A DNA stretch of 64,000 nucleotides from Clostridia bacterium (GCA_050950825.1 JBMNIH010000010.1:32001-96000), one strand, 5' to 3'. Counted from the first letter of the stretch, positions 39,734 through 50,625 are shown. Numbers and translations: made by a program. Notes: generated by a model not told the origin, from the sequence alone.

Positions 39734-42700
39734 TTATTCTTGTCCGTAGGACACCGCCAAAGGAATTTCGAAGTCCGCTCCTACGTCGAACACATACGTA
39801 TATATTCCTCCTTCGTTTCTTTCCTTCACAAAGGTTCGATTGGTAACCAATCGATAGCGGTTATTGCCCAAATCCTCTATACCTTCGATAAAGTAAGATG
39901 CGTTCCACGGTCCCGAAGGCCGAATGTGTATGTATCGGTTCACCAATCCCTGCAAATTGGCGGGCTTTTCGTCGAATTCAACGTCGATAAAGCGGTTGTC
40001 GTTTAATTCTTTTTGGAAATCCGTGACCTTCCCCTTGGCGCACCCTAAAGGAGAGGTCAGGGTATACCGATAGTCTCCTTCTTTGTACTCAAGCAGGGTA
40101 CCCTTTGACAAAAATGCATAAACGACCTTGCCTTCTTTTATGCGGAGAAAACCCAATCTTCCTTTAAAGCGAATTCTTTCGTCAATGAGAACCTCCGTAT
40201 CTTCCGAAATACTCGAGAATACATAATCCGTAATGCCGTCTTTATGAGGTACCTTCACGGCGCCGAAGAGGAACGATGCGTCTTTTTTCTTGTTCTCATC
40301 CTTTACCTCAACAACAACCGGTTGCGGCTTCGTCAAGCTCGAAGCGTCGTCGTAAGCCTCGTAAACAGAGGTAAACAAGCTCTTTAGTCCGGGCCCTTTT
40401 CTTAAGCCTAACAAGTAATAAAGAAACTTCGGATTTCCGGGCTTGTTTTGTGGAGGTACTCCCTTTCCTTTTGTAACCTCATCAAATGGTCCCATAAGCC
40501 AAGCCTTGAAAGCAACGGAATCGATTTTTCCTTGGGAAACGTTCCAAGTATCCTTTACATTCCACACGGCCTCCACGATACCGTTCGGAACGGTGCTGCA
40601 TTCCGCGTTGTATATATAGCTTAATCCGGAGCCATGGCTTTTTCCTCTGTCCGGATTTTCGCCGTAGGAAATGCCTTCTCCGGCTGCCGTTTCGAACCAT
40701 TTTACTTGATTACCGAGATTCACATCCAAAGAGCCTTCCCCGCCGTGCAAGGAAAACCGGTGGCTTTCTCCTCCGGATACACGGAAGAAATCTACGTAGT
40801 AGGCTTTCCCCGGTGAAATTTCGATCATGGTTAGGGATCGGTTGTACATATCCGTTTCATCGTATACATTCGGCGCATCCACATCGATATTTTTCACGAC
40901 GGCATCGTCTTCAAAGCCTTTTACTACACCGGGATCATACGTGGTTTTTTGGCATTTGTCGTTGACCAAAACGCAGTTGTGGCTTAGGGTATGATTGTTC
41001 CACTCCGGTACGTCATAAAATCCCGCTTCGCAATAGCTCGGATAGCCTAAATCCGGAGAGATGTCAATACCCTTGTAGTACAACTCCATGTTCAATTTGT
41101 CCCAATGACCGTGACCGACGGTGCGACCGAAATAAAGGTTGGCAAAATTCCCTCCTTTATAGGGCTGCCTTAATATGCAGTTTCCGTAACCGCATAAAAG
41201 ATCGGAACGGGTGTAAGAGGATTGCGATGATTTCATGTTTTGTCTTAACAACGTAATCATTTCCTCTTTGCCGGTTATCCGAGGATTTTCAAACTCTCCC
41301 GTTTGGGCATCCGGCCAAACCTTTTGGATATATTCGAGGATTCGAGGATCTTTTGTTATCCGATACCCGTTCATCAGCATATACAGGTCTTCGTCGCTTT
41401 TGAGGATCAGCCCGGGAGCTCCGGTAGAGGCATTGTCGCCGGTATTCGGAACATATCGATCGTCAATAACCAAAGGAATGTAGCTTCTCAACATCATTTG
41501 CATCTTGGGATGACGGTAAATGTTGTATTCGGATTCTTCAATTCCCGGGTAATAAGATAAAATATCCGCCAATCGCGCCAATTGACGAAGCCATAGGCTG
41601 TTGTATCCCAAGGAGCACTCGCCCCCCAAGCCGTCCCGGTCCACCTTGTTTTCCAAAATACCGAAGATGTTTCCACCGGTTAAGGAAGCGGTCAGTCTTT
41701 TTACGGGATCCTCTTTGATAATCCTTTTTCCGTTTCGGAATAGGTACTCAATCCATTCGTCCGCTTCCTCGCATTTGCCCATACAAACGGCCGCCATGGC
41801 CAATGCACATTGGTGCATGCCTTCATTGCCTAATATAGCCGCTTTTTGGAGGCCGGGATATACCTGTCGAACGATTCCGTCCAAGATGGAAGCCTCGATT
41901 TTTCGAACATCCGCCGCTTCAAATCCGAGGAAGGCTTCCTCGATTTCCTTCGGATATTTTTCAAAAGCAGGCAACAATGCATCGCAGGCTTCACACAAGG
42001 TTTCGCTTAAGAAGGTTTCCCAAATACACCCGACCACCTTTCCCTGCAGGCTGTGACCGTCGCTGTTTCTATACGGTCTGCCCTTCCCTCGCATCCAGAC
42101 ATTTAGGTCCATATCGGGATAAACCTTTGAAATTCGGTACAAAAGCAGCAACCCGGTAACGGCATAACGAACATCCGAGGTGAAAACCCATGCATATGCC
42201 AGATGGCGGATAGCGTTTTGAATACTTCCGGTTTGGTTTTTGCTGCGGTCCTGTTCCCCGTACCAAACACCCCAGTGGTGATAGTAGGCGATAAAAGCCC
42301 AACTGTGGCCGTTTTCGTCAATATATCCCTTACCGTCGTCCACGTATTTATCGGGACCGTATTGGGGATACAGCTCGTTAACCAACAGTGAACGGTCGGC
42401 CAAGTCTTCCCTGAAAAAACCGAACTCATCCAAACCGCTTTCATAATACTTTTTAAAATCATTGCTCGGAAACAGGGATCCGCAATGAGGGCATTGAATC
42501 TTCCAACGGTTGTTTTCCGTCAAGCAAACCCAACCGTATACACCGTATTTGTTTAAGAACGCATCTCCGCATTCGGGACAGCCGCTGTTTCTTTCTCCGG
42601 GCATCGCTCCTCTGGGGAGGGAGTTGTTCGTTACGAAATTCCACCAAAAATCATTCCCCAAAGAAAGGTGCTTTTCCGCTTCATCCAAGATCTTTTTAGC

Positions 42701-42784
42701 ATACCCCGCCGCTTTTTTATCGGTTTTGATGTTTTCTTGAATGATTTGCACCATCCGAGGGTTGTAATAATGTCCGCCGCTCAT
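39734..42784 (-). CDS. Heparinase II/III-like protein with N-terminal Zn-ribbon
   Basis: CPECG...CPHCG; GHGHWDKLN, PDLGYP, HTLSHNCVLVN. Start at ATG 42784 after AGGAGG. Confidence 0.82.
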   Translation of the reverse strand: MSGGHYYNPRMVQIIQENIKTDKKAAGYAKKILDEAEKHLSLGNDFWWNFVTNNSLPRGAMPGERNSGCPECGDAFLNKYGVYGWVCLTENNRWKIQCPHCGSLFPSNDFKKYYESGLDEFGFFREDLADRSLLVNELYPQYGPDKYVDDGKGYIDENGHSWAFIAYYHHWGVWYGEQDRSKNQTGSIQNAIRHLAYAWVFTSDVRYAVTGLLLLYRISKVYPDMDLNVWMRGKGRPYRNSDGHSLQGKVVGCIWETFLSETLCEACDALLPAFEKYPKEIEEAFLGFEAADVRKIEASILDGIVRQVYPGLQKAAILGNEGMHQCALAMAAVCMGKCEEADEWIEYLFRNGKRIIKEDPVKRLTASLTGGNIFGILENKVDRDGLGGECSLGYNSLWLRQLARLADILSYYPGIEESEYNIYRHPKMQMMLRSYIPLVIDDRYVPNTGDNASTGAPGLILKSDEDLYMLMNGYRITKDPRILEYIQKVWPDAQTGEFENPRITGKEEMITLLRQNMKSSQSSYTRSDLLCGYGNCILRQPYKGGNFANLYFGRTVGHGHWDKLNMELYYKGIDISPDLGYPSYCEAGFYDVPEWNNHTLSHNCVLVNDKCQKTTYDPGVVKGFEDDAVVKNIDVDAPNVYDETDMYNRSLTMIEISPGKAYYVDFFRVSGGESHRFSLHGGEGSLDVNLGNQVKWFETAAGEGISYGENPDRGKSHGSGLSYIYNAECSTVPNGIVEAVWNVKDTWNVSQGKIDSVAFKAWLMGPFDEVTKGKGVPPQNKPGNPKFLYYLLGLRKGPGLKSLFTSVYEAYDDASSLTKPQPVVVEVKDENKKKDASFLFGAVKVPHKDGITDYVFSSISEDTEVLIDERIRFKGRLGFLRIKEGKVVYAFLSKGTLLEYKEGDYRYTLTSPLGCAKGKVTDFQKELNDNRFIDVEFDEKPANLQGLVNRYIHIRPSGPWNASYFIEGIEDLGNNRYRLVTNRTFVKERNEGGIYTYVFDVGADFEIPLAVSYGQE

Positions 42785-42817
42785 GATTTTATACCTCCTA
42801 AAACACAAAAAAGGATC

Positions 42818-43390
42818 CTATAGCGATCCTCTTAACCCGATTTTATCCGCAACCTTTTTCATACCTTCAATGGTTTGGTAAATGACTTCGTCAAGGTCCA
42901 TGTTAAGCATGGCGGCACCTTCCGTAATGATGTCCCGGTTAACACCTTGAGCAAAGCTTTTTTGCTTGAATTTCTTTTTTACCGAGCTTACCGAAAGGTC
43001 CAAAACGCTTTTGCTTGGCCTCATCAAACAGGTGGCATTTATTAAGCCCGTCAGTTCGTCAATAGTGTAAAGAACCTTCTCCATAACATGGACAGGCTCC
43101 GTATCGGAGCATATTTTCCATCCGTGACTGACCGCCGCACGAATATATTCTTCGGGCCAGTTTTCCTCTCGCAATATCTTTTCCGTTATCGTACAGTGCC
43201 GGTCCGGATATTGCTCATAATCTAAATCGTGAATCAACCCAATCACGCCCCATTTTAAAACATCTTCTTCTCCGAAAAGCTCCGCAAAATGAAGCATAAC
43301 GCCTTCCACGGCCAAGGCATGGCGAATCAGACTTTCATCTTTGTTGTATTTTAACAACAATTCATACGCTTGTTCTCCGGTCGGTGTCAT
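42818..43390 (-). CDS. HD/HDIG-domain metal-dependent hydrolase
   Basis: HALAVE, IHDLDYE, SHG, DELTGL motifs. Confidence 0.88.
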   Translation of the reverse strand: MTPTGEQAYELLLKYNKDESLIRHALAVEGVMLHFAELFGEEDVLKWGVIGLIHDLDYEQYPDRHCTITEKILREENWPEEYIRAAVSHGWKICSDTEPVHVMEKVLYTIDELTGLINATCLMRPSKSVLDLSVSSVKKKFKQKSFAQGVNRDIITEGAAMLNMDLDEVIYQTIEGMKKVADKIGLRGSL

Positions 43391-43597
43391 AATTCTCCTT
43401 CAACCTTTCTTGACATTTTTAAATACATCAAAAAATCTAATCATATTTTACCATCAAAATCGTCCTAATCCGACCGGTATTTATAAAAATTACATCTGTT
43501 AAAATCGATTTTTTCGTACATAATACGAATGTGCGTACAATCTCATTTCTTTTTAGGAAAGAGAAATCCTTTTTTAAAAAGGAGAAGGAGGCTAACT

Positions 43598-43774
43598 GTG
43601 AGTAAAAGAAGAAGTGTTATGTCCGATGAATTGAAGGCGGAATTCGCCCGAGAACTCGGCGTTTATGACACTGTAAAACGAGAAGGTTGGGGAAGCGTTT
43701 CTTCCAAAAATTGCGGTAACCTAGTCAAACTGGCTATAGAAAAAGCAAATAGAAATGCGAACCAACAAAAGTAG
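43598..43774 (+). CDS. Small acid-soluble spore protein, alpha/beta type (SspF-like)
   Basis: GTG start after AGGAGG; MSDELKAEFARELG...EGWGSVSSKNCGNLV. Confidence 0.88.
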   Translation: MSKRRSVMSDELKAEFARELGVYDTVKREGWGSVSSKNCGNLVKLAIEKANRNANQQK

Positions 43775-43791
43775 CTGCCGTATGCACTTTA

Positions 43792-43815
43792 AAGGGGCTG
43801 CAATCGCAGCCCCTT
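43792..43815. terminator. Bidirectional terminator
   Basis: AAGGGGCTGC / GCAGCCCCTT. Confidence 0.8.
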
Positions 43816-43846
43816 ATTACTTTTTTTAAAATCCGTTATTCCAATA

Positions 43847-44470
43847 TTAGGATATTAAATTGTAAAGAAGCTGTGCCATTTCCGCTTTTGTTGCATAGCC
43901 TCTCGGATTCAATTTCCCGTTGTAGCCGCTAATGATTTCCGCTTCAACCAGCGCCGCAATCGCTTCTCTCGCCCAAGAAGCAATTTCGTTTTCATCCGAG
44001 AATACGGATAAAGGCTTATTTATTCTTTTCTCCGGCAGTTTCCCGATGGCATTTAAGATATTGTACAACATAACGAATACCTCCTGCCGTGTTACGGTTT
44101 GATTCGGAGCAAATCGGTTGTTACCGACTCCTGAAACGATTCCCAAACGTTTTGCCGCTGCCAAGTAGCCGGAATATACGGTTTCGTTCGCATCGACAAA
44201 ATTATCCGTCGGATTTTCATCGGGACCGATACCGTAGGCCTTCATCAACATAACAAGGAACTGTACTCTTGTAAGATATGCTCCGGGCTTGAAATTCCCG
44301 TCTTCCGTATCGATGGCGATATCTCGAGCCGCGATAAAGCTTACGGGCTTGTAATACCAAGCATTCGAAGCCGCATCACATTGTTATACCCTCCCCTATA
44401 GGTCCCAAGTATAGACAATCGCTTTCGCATCGGAGTCGTATTGTCCGTTAGGTACGATAGTCAAACGAAA
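43847..44470 (-). pseudogene. Remnant of an S-layer-homology (3xSLH) protein C-terminus
   Basis: SLH repeats (WYYKPVSFIAAR..LTRVQF, GVGNNRFAP..TRQE, GYNGKLNP..TKAE) continue upstream of ATG 44251 to an in-frame TAA near 44385; further degenerate fragment IVPNGQYD upstream; no signal peptide. Confidence 0.7.
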
Positions 44471-44478
44471 ATTCACTT

Positions 44479-45276
44479 TTAAAGTCCGTAATCTCTTCTT
44501 TTTGCTGCGGACATTCTCCGATAAACGGAAGGCGATACGCCGGTTTTTTCTTTGAACATCTTTGCCGAGTGGCCGTTGTAGTTCATGTTGCATGCGGCAA
44601 AGGCTTGGGCAACGGAAAGATTGGGATCCAACAGCTTTTCCTTTAGCTTCTCGATTTTTATATTCCGATAATACTCGTGAGGGGTTATACCCATATGCTT
44701 TTTAAACACCTTCGTAAATTGGGCCTTGCTAAGGCACGCCGCTTTCGCGGTCTCCTGCAGGTCAAAAGGCTCCTGCCAATGGATGTCTAAGTATTGCCGT
44801 CCTCGTGCAATTTCTTCTTTCCCTCTGTATACTTTTTTAAAAATGAAAAATACGGCAAAGTATTCCATCCTTCCGTCTGTATTTGCTAAAGGAAAGCATG
44901 TAATATCCGCATGTATGGATTGGATATCTCGATCGACAACATTGAAATAGCGGACCAAATCCCGATAGGATGCATAGAAATCGGAAATATGAACTACATT
45001 CCCTTTCAATACCTCCCTTACTTGATCCGTATAACCGAGCTTTCGAACAACAGGGTCTCTGAATACGTTGTATTTCCCCACATGAGTTTCGACGCTTCGG
45101 ATACCGATCATCTCCAGGGCGGCTCTGTTAATCAGCTGTGCCGTTCCGTCAAGGGAAAAAATCTGTATGGGGTAAGGGAACTGCTCGATAACTTTTGCAA
45201 GCAGTGTTTGATTCTCAAAACACGATTCAAAGGATTTCGTAAAATTCTTTTGTTCCTCATCCATTTGATTCATCAT
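44479..45276 (-). CDS. AraC family regulator with N-terminal PAS-like domain
   Basis: FPYPIQIFSLDG...NRAA PAS-like start; C-terminal AraC HTH (FKKHMGITP, FKEKTGVSPS). Confidence 0.85.
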   Translation of the reverse strand: MMNQMDEEQKNFTKSFESCFENQTLLAKVIEQFPYPIQIFSLDGTAQLINRAALEMIGIRSVETHVGKYNVFRDPVVRKLGYTDQVREVLKGNVVHISDFYASYRDLVRYFNVVDRDIQSIHADITCFPLANTDGRMEYFAVFFIFKKVYRGKEEIARGRQYLDIHWQEPFDLQETAKAACLSKAQFTKVFKKHMGITPHEYYRNIKIEKLKEKLLDPNLSVAQAFAACNMNYNGHSAKMFKEKTGVSPSVYRRMSAAKRRDYGL

Positions 45277-45344
45277 GCCATTCCCCCATTTTCCATTATT
45301 ATCTAATTTGTATTATATGAAAAATGAAAAATAAAGGCAATAGC

Positions 45345-45836
45345 TTATTCCTCTCCTTCCGCCACAGAACCGTCCTTTTTGCTCCTCCTGTTTTTATTGA
45401 AAATGGAATCGAACAGATTGTATATGCTTGCGGCAATGATTACCGCACTGGCAATGGCGGTAGCAACCAACAAGGTCTCCGTCCCTTTGTAAACGGCGTT
45501 TTTGTAATCCTCCTGAAGCAGCGAGATCATGGTAAAATACATGCCTGCTCCGGGGACCAAAGGAATAATTCCCGGCAATAGTGTAATTGTTATCGGCATC
45601 TTTTTAAATCGGGCGATGAACCGGCTTGCCAGGCTGGCCGCCAAGGCTCCCGTAAAGGTAGCCCCTACTACGGAATCGTAAGCGGTAAGGAATAATAAAT
45701 ATGTAAACCAAGCCAAAGCGCCGCAAAAACCGGCATAAGGTACGGCTCTTTTCGGGCAGCGGAACAAAATGCAAAAGCACATGGTGGCTATAAATGCATA
45801 AAAAAAGTTAAGCAAAAGATTTATAAAAGTACTCAT
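45345..45836 (-). CDS. Threonine/serine exporter family (ThrE_2) small subunit
   Basis: PGIIPLVPG motif, TM helices, overlaps partner gene. Confidence 0.88.
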   Translation of the reverse strand: MSTFINLLLNFFYAFIATMCFCILFRCPKRAVPYAGFCGALAWFTYLLFLTAYDSVVGATFTGALAASLASRFIARFKKMPITITLLPGIIPLVPGAGMYFTMISLLQEDYKNAVYKGTETLLVATAIASAVIIAASIYNLFDSIFNKNRRSKKDGSVAEGEE

Positions 45837-46609
45837 AGAAAACCACCCTCAAACATGTTGGACAAGCTGAATACAATGGCTACTCCGGCTGAAACCGCGA
45901 CAATGGTGAGCAAGGCGTCCACCGCCTTTACCGTTCCGCTGATATAGTCCTGATGAAAAATATCAAGAATGGCATTGGTGATGGCCACTCCGGGAACCAA
46001 AATCATGATGGATCCGATAATAATTTCGTTAATATTCCCGGTGTTAAAAAAAGATGACAAGCTAATGGAAAAAAAGGAAATCAGCATTCCTCCGGCCAAA
46101 TCATTGATAAAGCCGGTAAATCCGGCCTTCGCCAATAAAATCAATACCAACCGCGTTAAAGCCCCCGTAAAAAAAGCCAATATGCTGCTTTCGATTCTTC
46201 CTTTGAACATGAAACAGAAAAAAGCGGAAGAAATACCGGAAAACAAGACCAACCATACGGCTTTATAGCTTCGAATGGCGTTAATTTCATCCAACAATTC
46301 TTTTGCTTTTTGAATATCCGGCTCGCCTTGAGCCAAATCTCTTGACAGTTGGTTGATTCTTTCGATCTTTGTCAAGTTTATTTCTTTTTTTCTTACTCGC
46401 TGAATTAGCGTCACCGTTTCGCCTTGGTAGCAAATACTTGCATCCATACCGGTAACCGTGATGGTGCATTCGATGCGAGAAGCACCGAAGCTTTTGCATA
46501 TTCGGGCAACGGTGTCTTCCACACGATAAACCTCGGCACCGCTTTCCAGCATAATTCTGCCTGCATACATGGCAAGCTCCAATATATCGATTGCCTTCAT
46601 AAACTGCAC
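45833..46609 (-). CDS. Threonine/serine exporter family (ThrE) large subunit
   Basis: GRIMLESGAEVYRVEDT, IMILVPGVAITNAI. Confidence 0.9.
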   Translation of the reverse strand: MQFMKAIDILELAMYAGRIMLESGAEVYRVEDTVARICKSFGASRIECTITVTGMDASICYQGETVTLIQRVRKKEINLTKIERINQLSRDLAQGEPDIQKAKELLDEINAIRSYKAVWLVLFSGISSAFFCFMFKGRIESSILAFFTGALTRLVLILLAKAGFTGFINDLAGGMLISFFSISLSSFFNTGNINEIIIGSIMILVPGVAITNAILDIFHQDYISGTVKAVDALLTIVAVSAGVAIVFSLSNMFEGGFL

Positions 46610-46630
46610 CCTAACAAAATCTATTTTAAA

Positions 46631-46655
46631 AGGTCCCCGACAACGACGGGGACCT
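46631..46655 (-). terminator. Terminator after rubrerythrin
   Basis: AGGTCCCCG / CGGGGACCT with TTTT on the minus strand. Confidence 0.75.
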
Positions 46656-46687
46656 GCCTATCTTCGGTTAATATACCCTCGAATTCA

Positions 46688-47227
46688 TTAATAGTTTTTG
46701 CACACCAATTCAAAAAAGGCCTTCGGATGGCTGCAAACCGGGCAAACCTCCGGAGCTTTATCGCCTTCATAAATATGACCGCAGTTACGGCATTTCCATT
46801 GAACTTTTTCGCCCTTTTCAAATACCGTCCCGTCTTCTACATTTTTCAACAAAGCGAGATATCGTGCTTCATGTTCCTTTTCGATAGCCGCAACGCCTTC
46901 GAACAATTTGGCTATTTCATCGAAGCCTTCTTCATAAGCTTCTTCGGCCATACGCTTGTACATCTCAACCCATTCGTAATTTTCACCGGATGCAGCATCT
47001 TTCAGGTTTGCGATGGTATCGCCGATACCGTGGAACAGCTTAAACCAAATTTTTGCATGTTCTTTTTCGTTTTCAGCCGTTTCCAAGAACAAGGCTGCAA
47101 TCTGTTCGTATCCTGCTTTCTTTGCTGCCGAAGCATAGTACGTATATTTATTACGAGCTTGAGATTCACCGGCAAACGCTTCCATCAAATTTCTTTCGGT
47201 TTTCGTACCTTTCAGATCTTTCTTCAT
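46688..47227 (-). CDS. rbr: Rubrerythrin
   Basis: [17 protein letters not shown] diiron motifs, CRNCG...CPVC. Start at ATG 47227 after AGGAGG. Confidence 0.95.
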   Translation of the reverse strand: MKKDLKGTKTERNLMEAFAGESQARNKYTYYASAAKKAGYEQIAALFLETAENEKEHAKIWFKLFHGIGDTIANLKDAASGENYEWVEMYKRMAEEAYEEGFDEIAKLFEGVAAIEKEHEARYLALLKNVEDGTVFEKGEKVQWKCRNCGHIYEGDKAPEVCPVCSHPKAFFELVCKNY

Positions 47228-47417
47228 TGATTTTCCGAACCTCCTTTTGTCAAATCGTTTATTATTAATTATAAACAAAGTGAAGCGAATAGTAAACATT
47301 ATTTTCCGGCCCGAACTTAATATTCTCCCTTTATTGAATTTACATACAAAATTTTATAATTTTCTACATTCCGGAGATACTAAAGAAAAAATGTGAAAGG
47401 ACAAGGACAGGAGCATT

Positions 47418-48977
47418 ATGAATCAATCCGTTTCTTATTGGATGGATACTGCAACACCTCCCGATTTTCCGCCTTTTCAAGGAGACCGCACATGCGACGC
47501 GGCTATAATCGGCGGAGGGTTAACCGGTATAACAACGGGAACTTTATTGGCACAAAAAGGGCTTCATGTCATCGTTTTGGAATCCGATAAGGTAGGCAGC
47601 GGTACCACATCCAAAACAACAGCGAAGATAACCATCCAACACGGTTTGAAATACCGGCAGTATATCCGCGGAATCGGTGTCGAGAATACCGCCATGTATG
47701 CCAAAGCCAACCTGTTGGGGTTTGATTTGATCGAAAAGCTTATACGAGATCACAACATCTCCTGCGATTATACGATAGAAACGGCTTACATTTTCGCCGA
47801 CAGCGAAAAGGATTTAAGCAAGCTGGAAGACGAAAAAAGAGCCTATGACAAATTGGGACTCACTTCCTATGTGATCGAGCAATGCAAATTGCCCTTTCCG
47901 GTATCCGGGGCATTCGGTGTACCAAGGCAAGCTTATTTTCATCCTCTAAAATATCTGTATGCATTAACCGATGTATTAAAAAAAAGCGGCGGCGAAATCT
48001 TCGAGCATTCTCATGTAAAAAACGTGGACAAGGAAAACGGAACCGTTTACGTCAACGGAGGATCCCTTCGTGCCAAATACGTCATATTAGCCACCAACTA
48101 TCCCTTCTTGGATATGCCCGGCTATTACTTCATTCGAATTTTCCAGGTTCGGTCCTATCTTACGGAAACCGTCACCTCCGACTACAATGTTCAGGGTATG
48201 TATTTAAACGCAGGGAATCCTACGATTACCATCCGATCTCACGCAGACGAAAACGGGCAACATCTTTTGCTCGGCGGATACAATCATAAAACCGGACATC
48301 AAAAGAACCAAAAGCCTATTTACGAAAAAATCGATTTGGTCAAGCAAGATCGATTCCCTTTTATCAAGGAACCGATACAACATTACTGGTCCACCCAAGA
48401 CAGCGTTACGTTAGACCACATTCCCTATATCGGCCGCCTTTCTTCCCAAACGCCCAATATCTTTATCGCTACCGGCTACGACAAATGGGGCATGACCAAT
48501 TCCGCTGCGGCGGCATTAATCCTTGCCCACGAAATTACCGAAGAAAAGCATCCTATCATGGAGACAAAAGGCATCTTTTCACCCTCGCGATTTACGCCGG
48601 GTGCGGCGGCAAAAGAATTTTTATTCCTTGGAGCCGACGCGGTAAAAGAATATGCGTTAAGCGGTTTGATCATACCCAAAGGACAAATTGACAAAATAAA
48701 AAAGGGAGAAGGCAAAGTCATACGTGCCGACGGGCAAATCTTGGCGGTTTACCGAGATCAAGAAAACAACCTGTCCGTTTTTGACGCCCATTGCACCCAT
48801 CGGATGTGTCCTTTGACCTTTAATAAAAACGAGAATTCTTGGGATTGCCCGTGCCACGGATCCCGCTTCGATATGAAGGGCAATATCATCAGCGGTCCTG
48901 CGGTAGAGCCCCTTAAAAGGTTTGAAATAAAATCGGAAGAAGTAAAAGAAGAAACGACCGAACAAAAAGAATCATAA
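47418..48977 (+). CDS. FAD-dependent oxidoreductase with C-terminal Rieske domain (YhfW-like)
   Basis: IIGGGLTG, FHPLKY, KWGMT, Rieske CTHRMC...CPCHGS. Confidence 0.9.
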   Translation: MNQSVSYWMDTATPPDFPPFQGDRTCDAAIIGGGLTGITTGTLLAQKGLHVIVLESDKVGSGTTSKTTAKITIQHGLKYRQYIRGIGVENTAMYAKANLLGFDLIEKLIRDHNISCDYTIETAYIFADSEKDLSKLEDEKRAYDKLGLTSYVIEQCKLPFPVSGAFGVPRQAYFHPLKYLYALTDVLKKSGGEIFEHSHVKNVDKENGTVYVNGGSLRAKYVILATNYPFLDMPGYYFIRIFQVRSYLTETVTSDYNVQGMYLNAGNPTITIRSHADENGQHLLLGGYNHKTGHQKNQKPIYEKIDLVKQDRFPFIKEPIQHYWSTQDSVTLDHIPYIGRLSSQTPNIFIATGYDKWGMTNSAAAALILAHEITEEKHPIMETKGIFSPSRFTPGAAAKEFLFLGADAVKEYALSGLIIPKGQIDKIKKGEGKVIRADGQILAVYRDQENNLSVFDAHCTHRMCPLTFNKNENSWDCPCHGSRFDMKGNIISGPAVEPLKRFEIKSEEVKEETTEQKES

Positions 48978-49007
48978 AAAAAGGGGCTTTCAAAGCCCTT
49001 TTCTTTT
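48978..49007. terminator. Bidirectional terminator
   Basis: AAAAAGGGGCTTT / AAAGCCCTTTT between convergent genes. Confidence 0.75.
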
Positions 49008-50625
49008 ATGCCGCTTCGGTGGATTCGGTCGATACACGTTCCGCACCTTTTTGAACAATTTGGTCCAGCTTGCTGTACCAGCTGGGTCTTAATTGCTCTA
49101 CCTCCACCTTATCCCCTTCTTTGAAAATTCGTTTCGCCGTTACATAATAACCGGTCATACCGGATTGCTTAATCACCGTCTGCCCCGGTTGAAGGGTGGG
49201 TACAATCTCTTCTATAACACTGAAAGGATAAACTTGTTCAATTTTTGTTTCCACCGTTACAACTCTTCCCGGATGCTCGTCGGTTCCTCGGAATACGATT
49301 TCCACCGCTTGGTCTTGCAAATAGCATTCGATTTTTAAGGGGTAATTGGTATTGTTTCTGAATTTAAAGTCGACGGACCCCCAAGAGACCGTTGCGTCGG
49401 TTCCTAAATCCACGTAGCTTACGGTAAACTGGTGGTTTAATCGCTCCACGATTTCCAATCCGGAATAAAGAGCGGAGTTATATAAAAGAGATGAAATCTG
49501 GCAAATGCCTCCGCCGTAATCGGTTTCAATCCGCCCGCTTGTATAAACATTAGCCGGTTTAAACCCTCTTTCGGGGGATCGTTCCCCCACTACATCGTTG
49601 AAGGAGAAGACTTCCCCGGGAGCCAACACCTTACCGTTTACGTATTGGGCTACCAATCGGATGTTGTGACCACGGTTTTTTGTATTGGTATCGTATTCGC
49701 TGTACACGGTGGTTCTTCGGTCCAAAACATCCCTGAAAATTTTCTCTTTCACATCGTCGTATCTTACATCCGGAATCACCGTTTGGATAGACAAGGGAAT
49801 CGTGATCTTTTCTTTTTTCCCTAATTGGTCCACGGATTCCTCCAAGATCTTTTTGTCCACGGTTTTTCCCTGTTTTTCCGGGATAATTATGACTTGGTTG
49901 TCCTCTACCTTAAAAGTAGCCGGCTCTTCTTGGACATAAACTTTTTGGAATATTTCCTCGGCATTTACGTTTTTTCTGGGATAAACGGATACTTCCGCTT
50001 GGAACCGAGCGCTTTCCAATCGATCCAAAGCTTCGTAGACTTGATCCGCCAATTGAACTCTTTTTAATTCCTTTCCGTCGGTTCCCGATTTTAACAGGAT
50101 TTCACCCTCGGTAATTTCATAGGAATTGTCGATTCGTTCAACGAAGATATCATCATAAATTTCCGTGATGATTTTCTCTACCGCAAGCGGGTCGTAGGTT
50201 ACGTTGGTATAGAACTTTTTAGGTCTTAAATAAACGGACAGAATTTCAAATACACGCTCTTTTTTCGTACCTACTCGGCCAATGCTCCAAACGGCTTCGA
50301 CGATTTCATCGATATTGACGTCAATATCCACGTCGGTGAAACGTATTTCCCGCGTTTTATCGTTATAGCTTACCGTAATGGATTTTTGCTCCAATACGTT
50401 TTTTTCGCTTTCTACAAGCCACTGCTTGAGCTCTTCCTTTGTAAGCCCGCTTACATCCCTATCGTTAACCGTTATTCCTTTATAAATCACGTTTTGGTCC
50501 AAAAGGTCGCCAAAAAGGATAACGGCGTAGGAAGAAGCGCCGATGAGCAGTAAAGCTAAGAATATTAAGATTATACTAATGGAGGATACTCCCCTTTTAT
50601 CAAATAAGTTCAGCAAAAGCAACAT
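49006..50625 (-). CDS. VanW-family protein with peptidoglycan-binding and G5 domains
   Basis: N-terminal TM, NRGHNI, FSFNDVVG, GGGICQISS, DATVSWG..DFKFRN; G5-like tail. Confidence 0.88.
   Translation of the reverse strand: MLLLLNLFDKRGVSSISIILIFLALLLIGASSYAVILFGDLLDQNVIYKGITVNDRDVSGLTKEELKQWLVESEKNVLEQKSITVSYNDKTREIRFTDVDIDVNIDEIVEAVWSIGRVGTKKERVFEILSVYLRPKKFYTNVTYDPLAVEKIITEIYDDIFVERIDNSYEITEGEILLKSGTDGKELKRVQLADQVYEALDRLESARFQAEVSVYPRKNVNAEEIFQKVYVQEEPATFKVEDNQVIIIPEKQGKTVDKKILEESVDQLGKKEKITIPLSIQTVIPDVRYDDVKEKIFRDVLDRRTTVYSEYDTNTKNRGHNIRLVAQYVNGKVLAPGEVFSFNDVVGERSPERGFKPANVYTSGRIETDYGGGICQISSLLYNSALYSGLEIVERLNHQFTVSYVDLGTDATVSWGSVDFKFRNNTNYPLKIECYLQDQAVEIVFRGTDEHPGRVVTVETKIEQVYPFSVIEEIVPTLQPGQTVIKQSGMTGYYVTAKRIFKEGDKVEVEQLRPSWYSKLDQIVQKGAERVSTESTEAA

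Noticed and set aside
49006-50625. Vancomycin resistance locus
   Set aside because: Stand-alone VanW-domain cell-wall protein with no vanHAX or vanRS genes.
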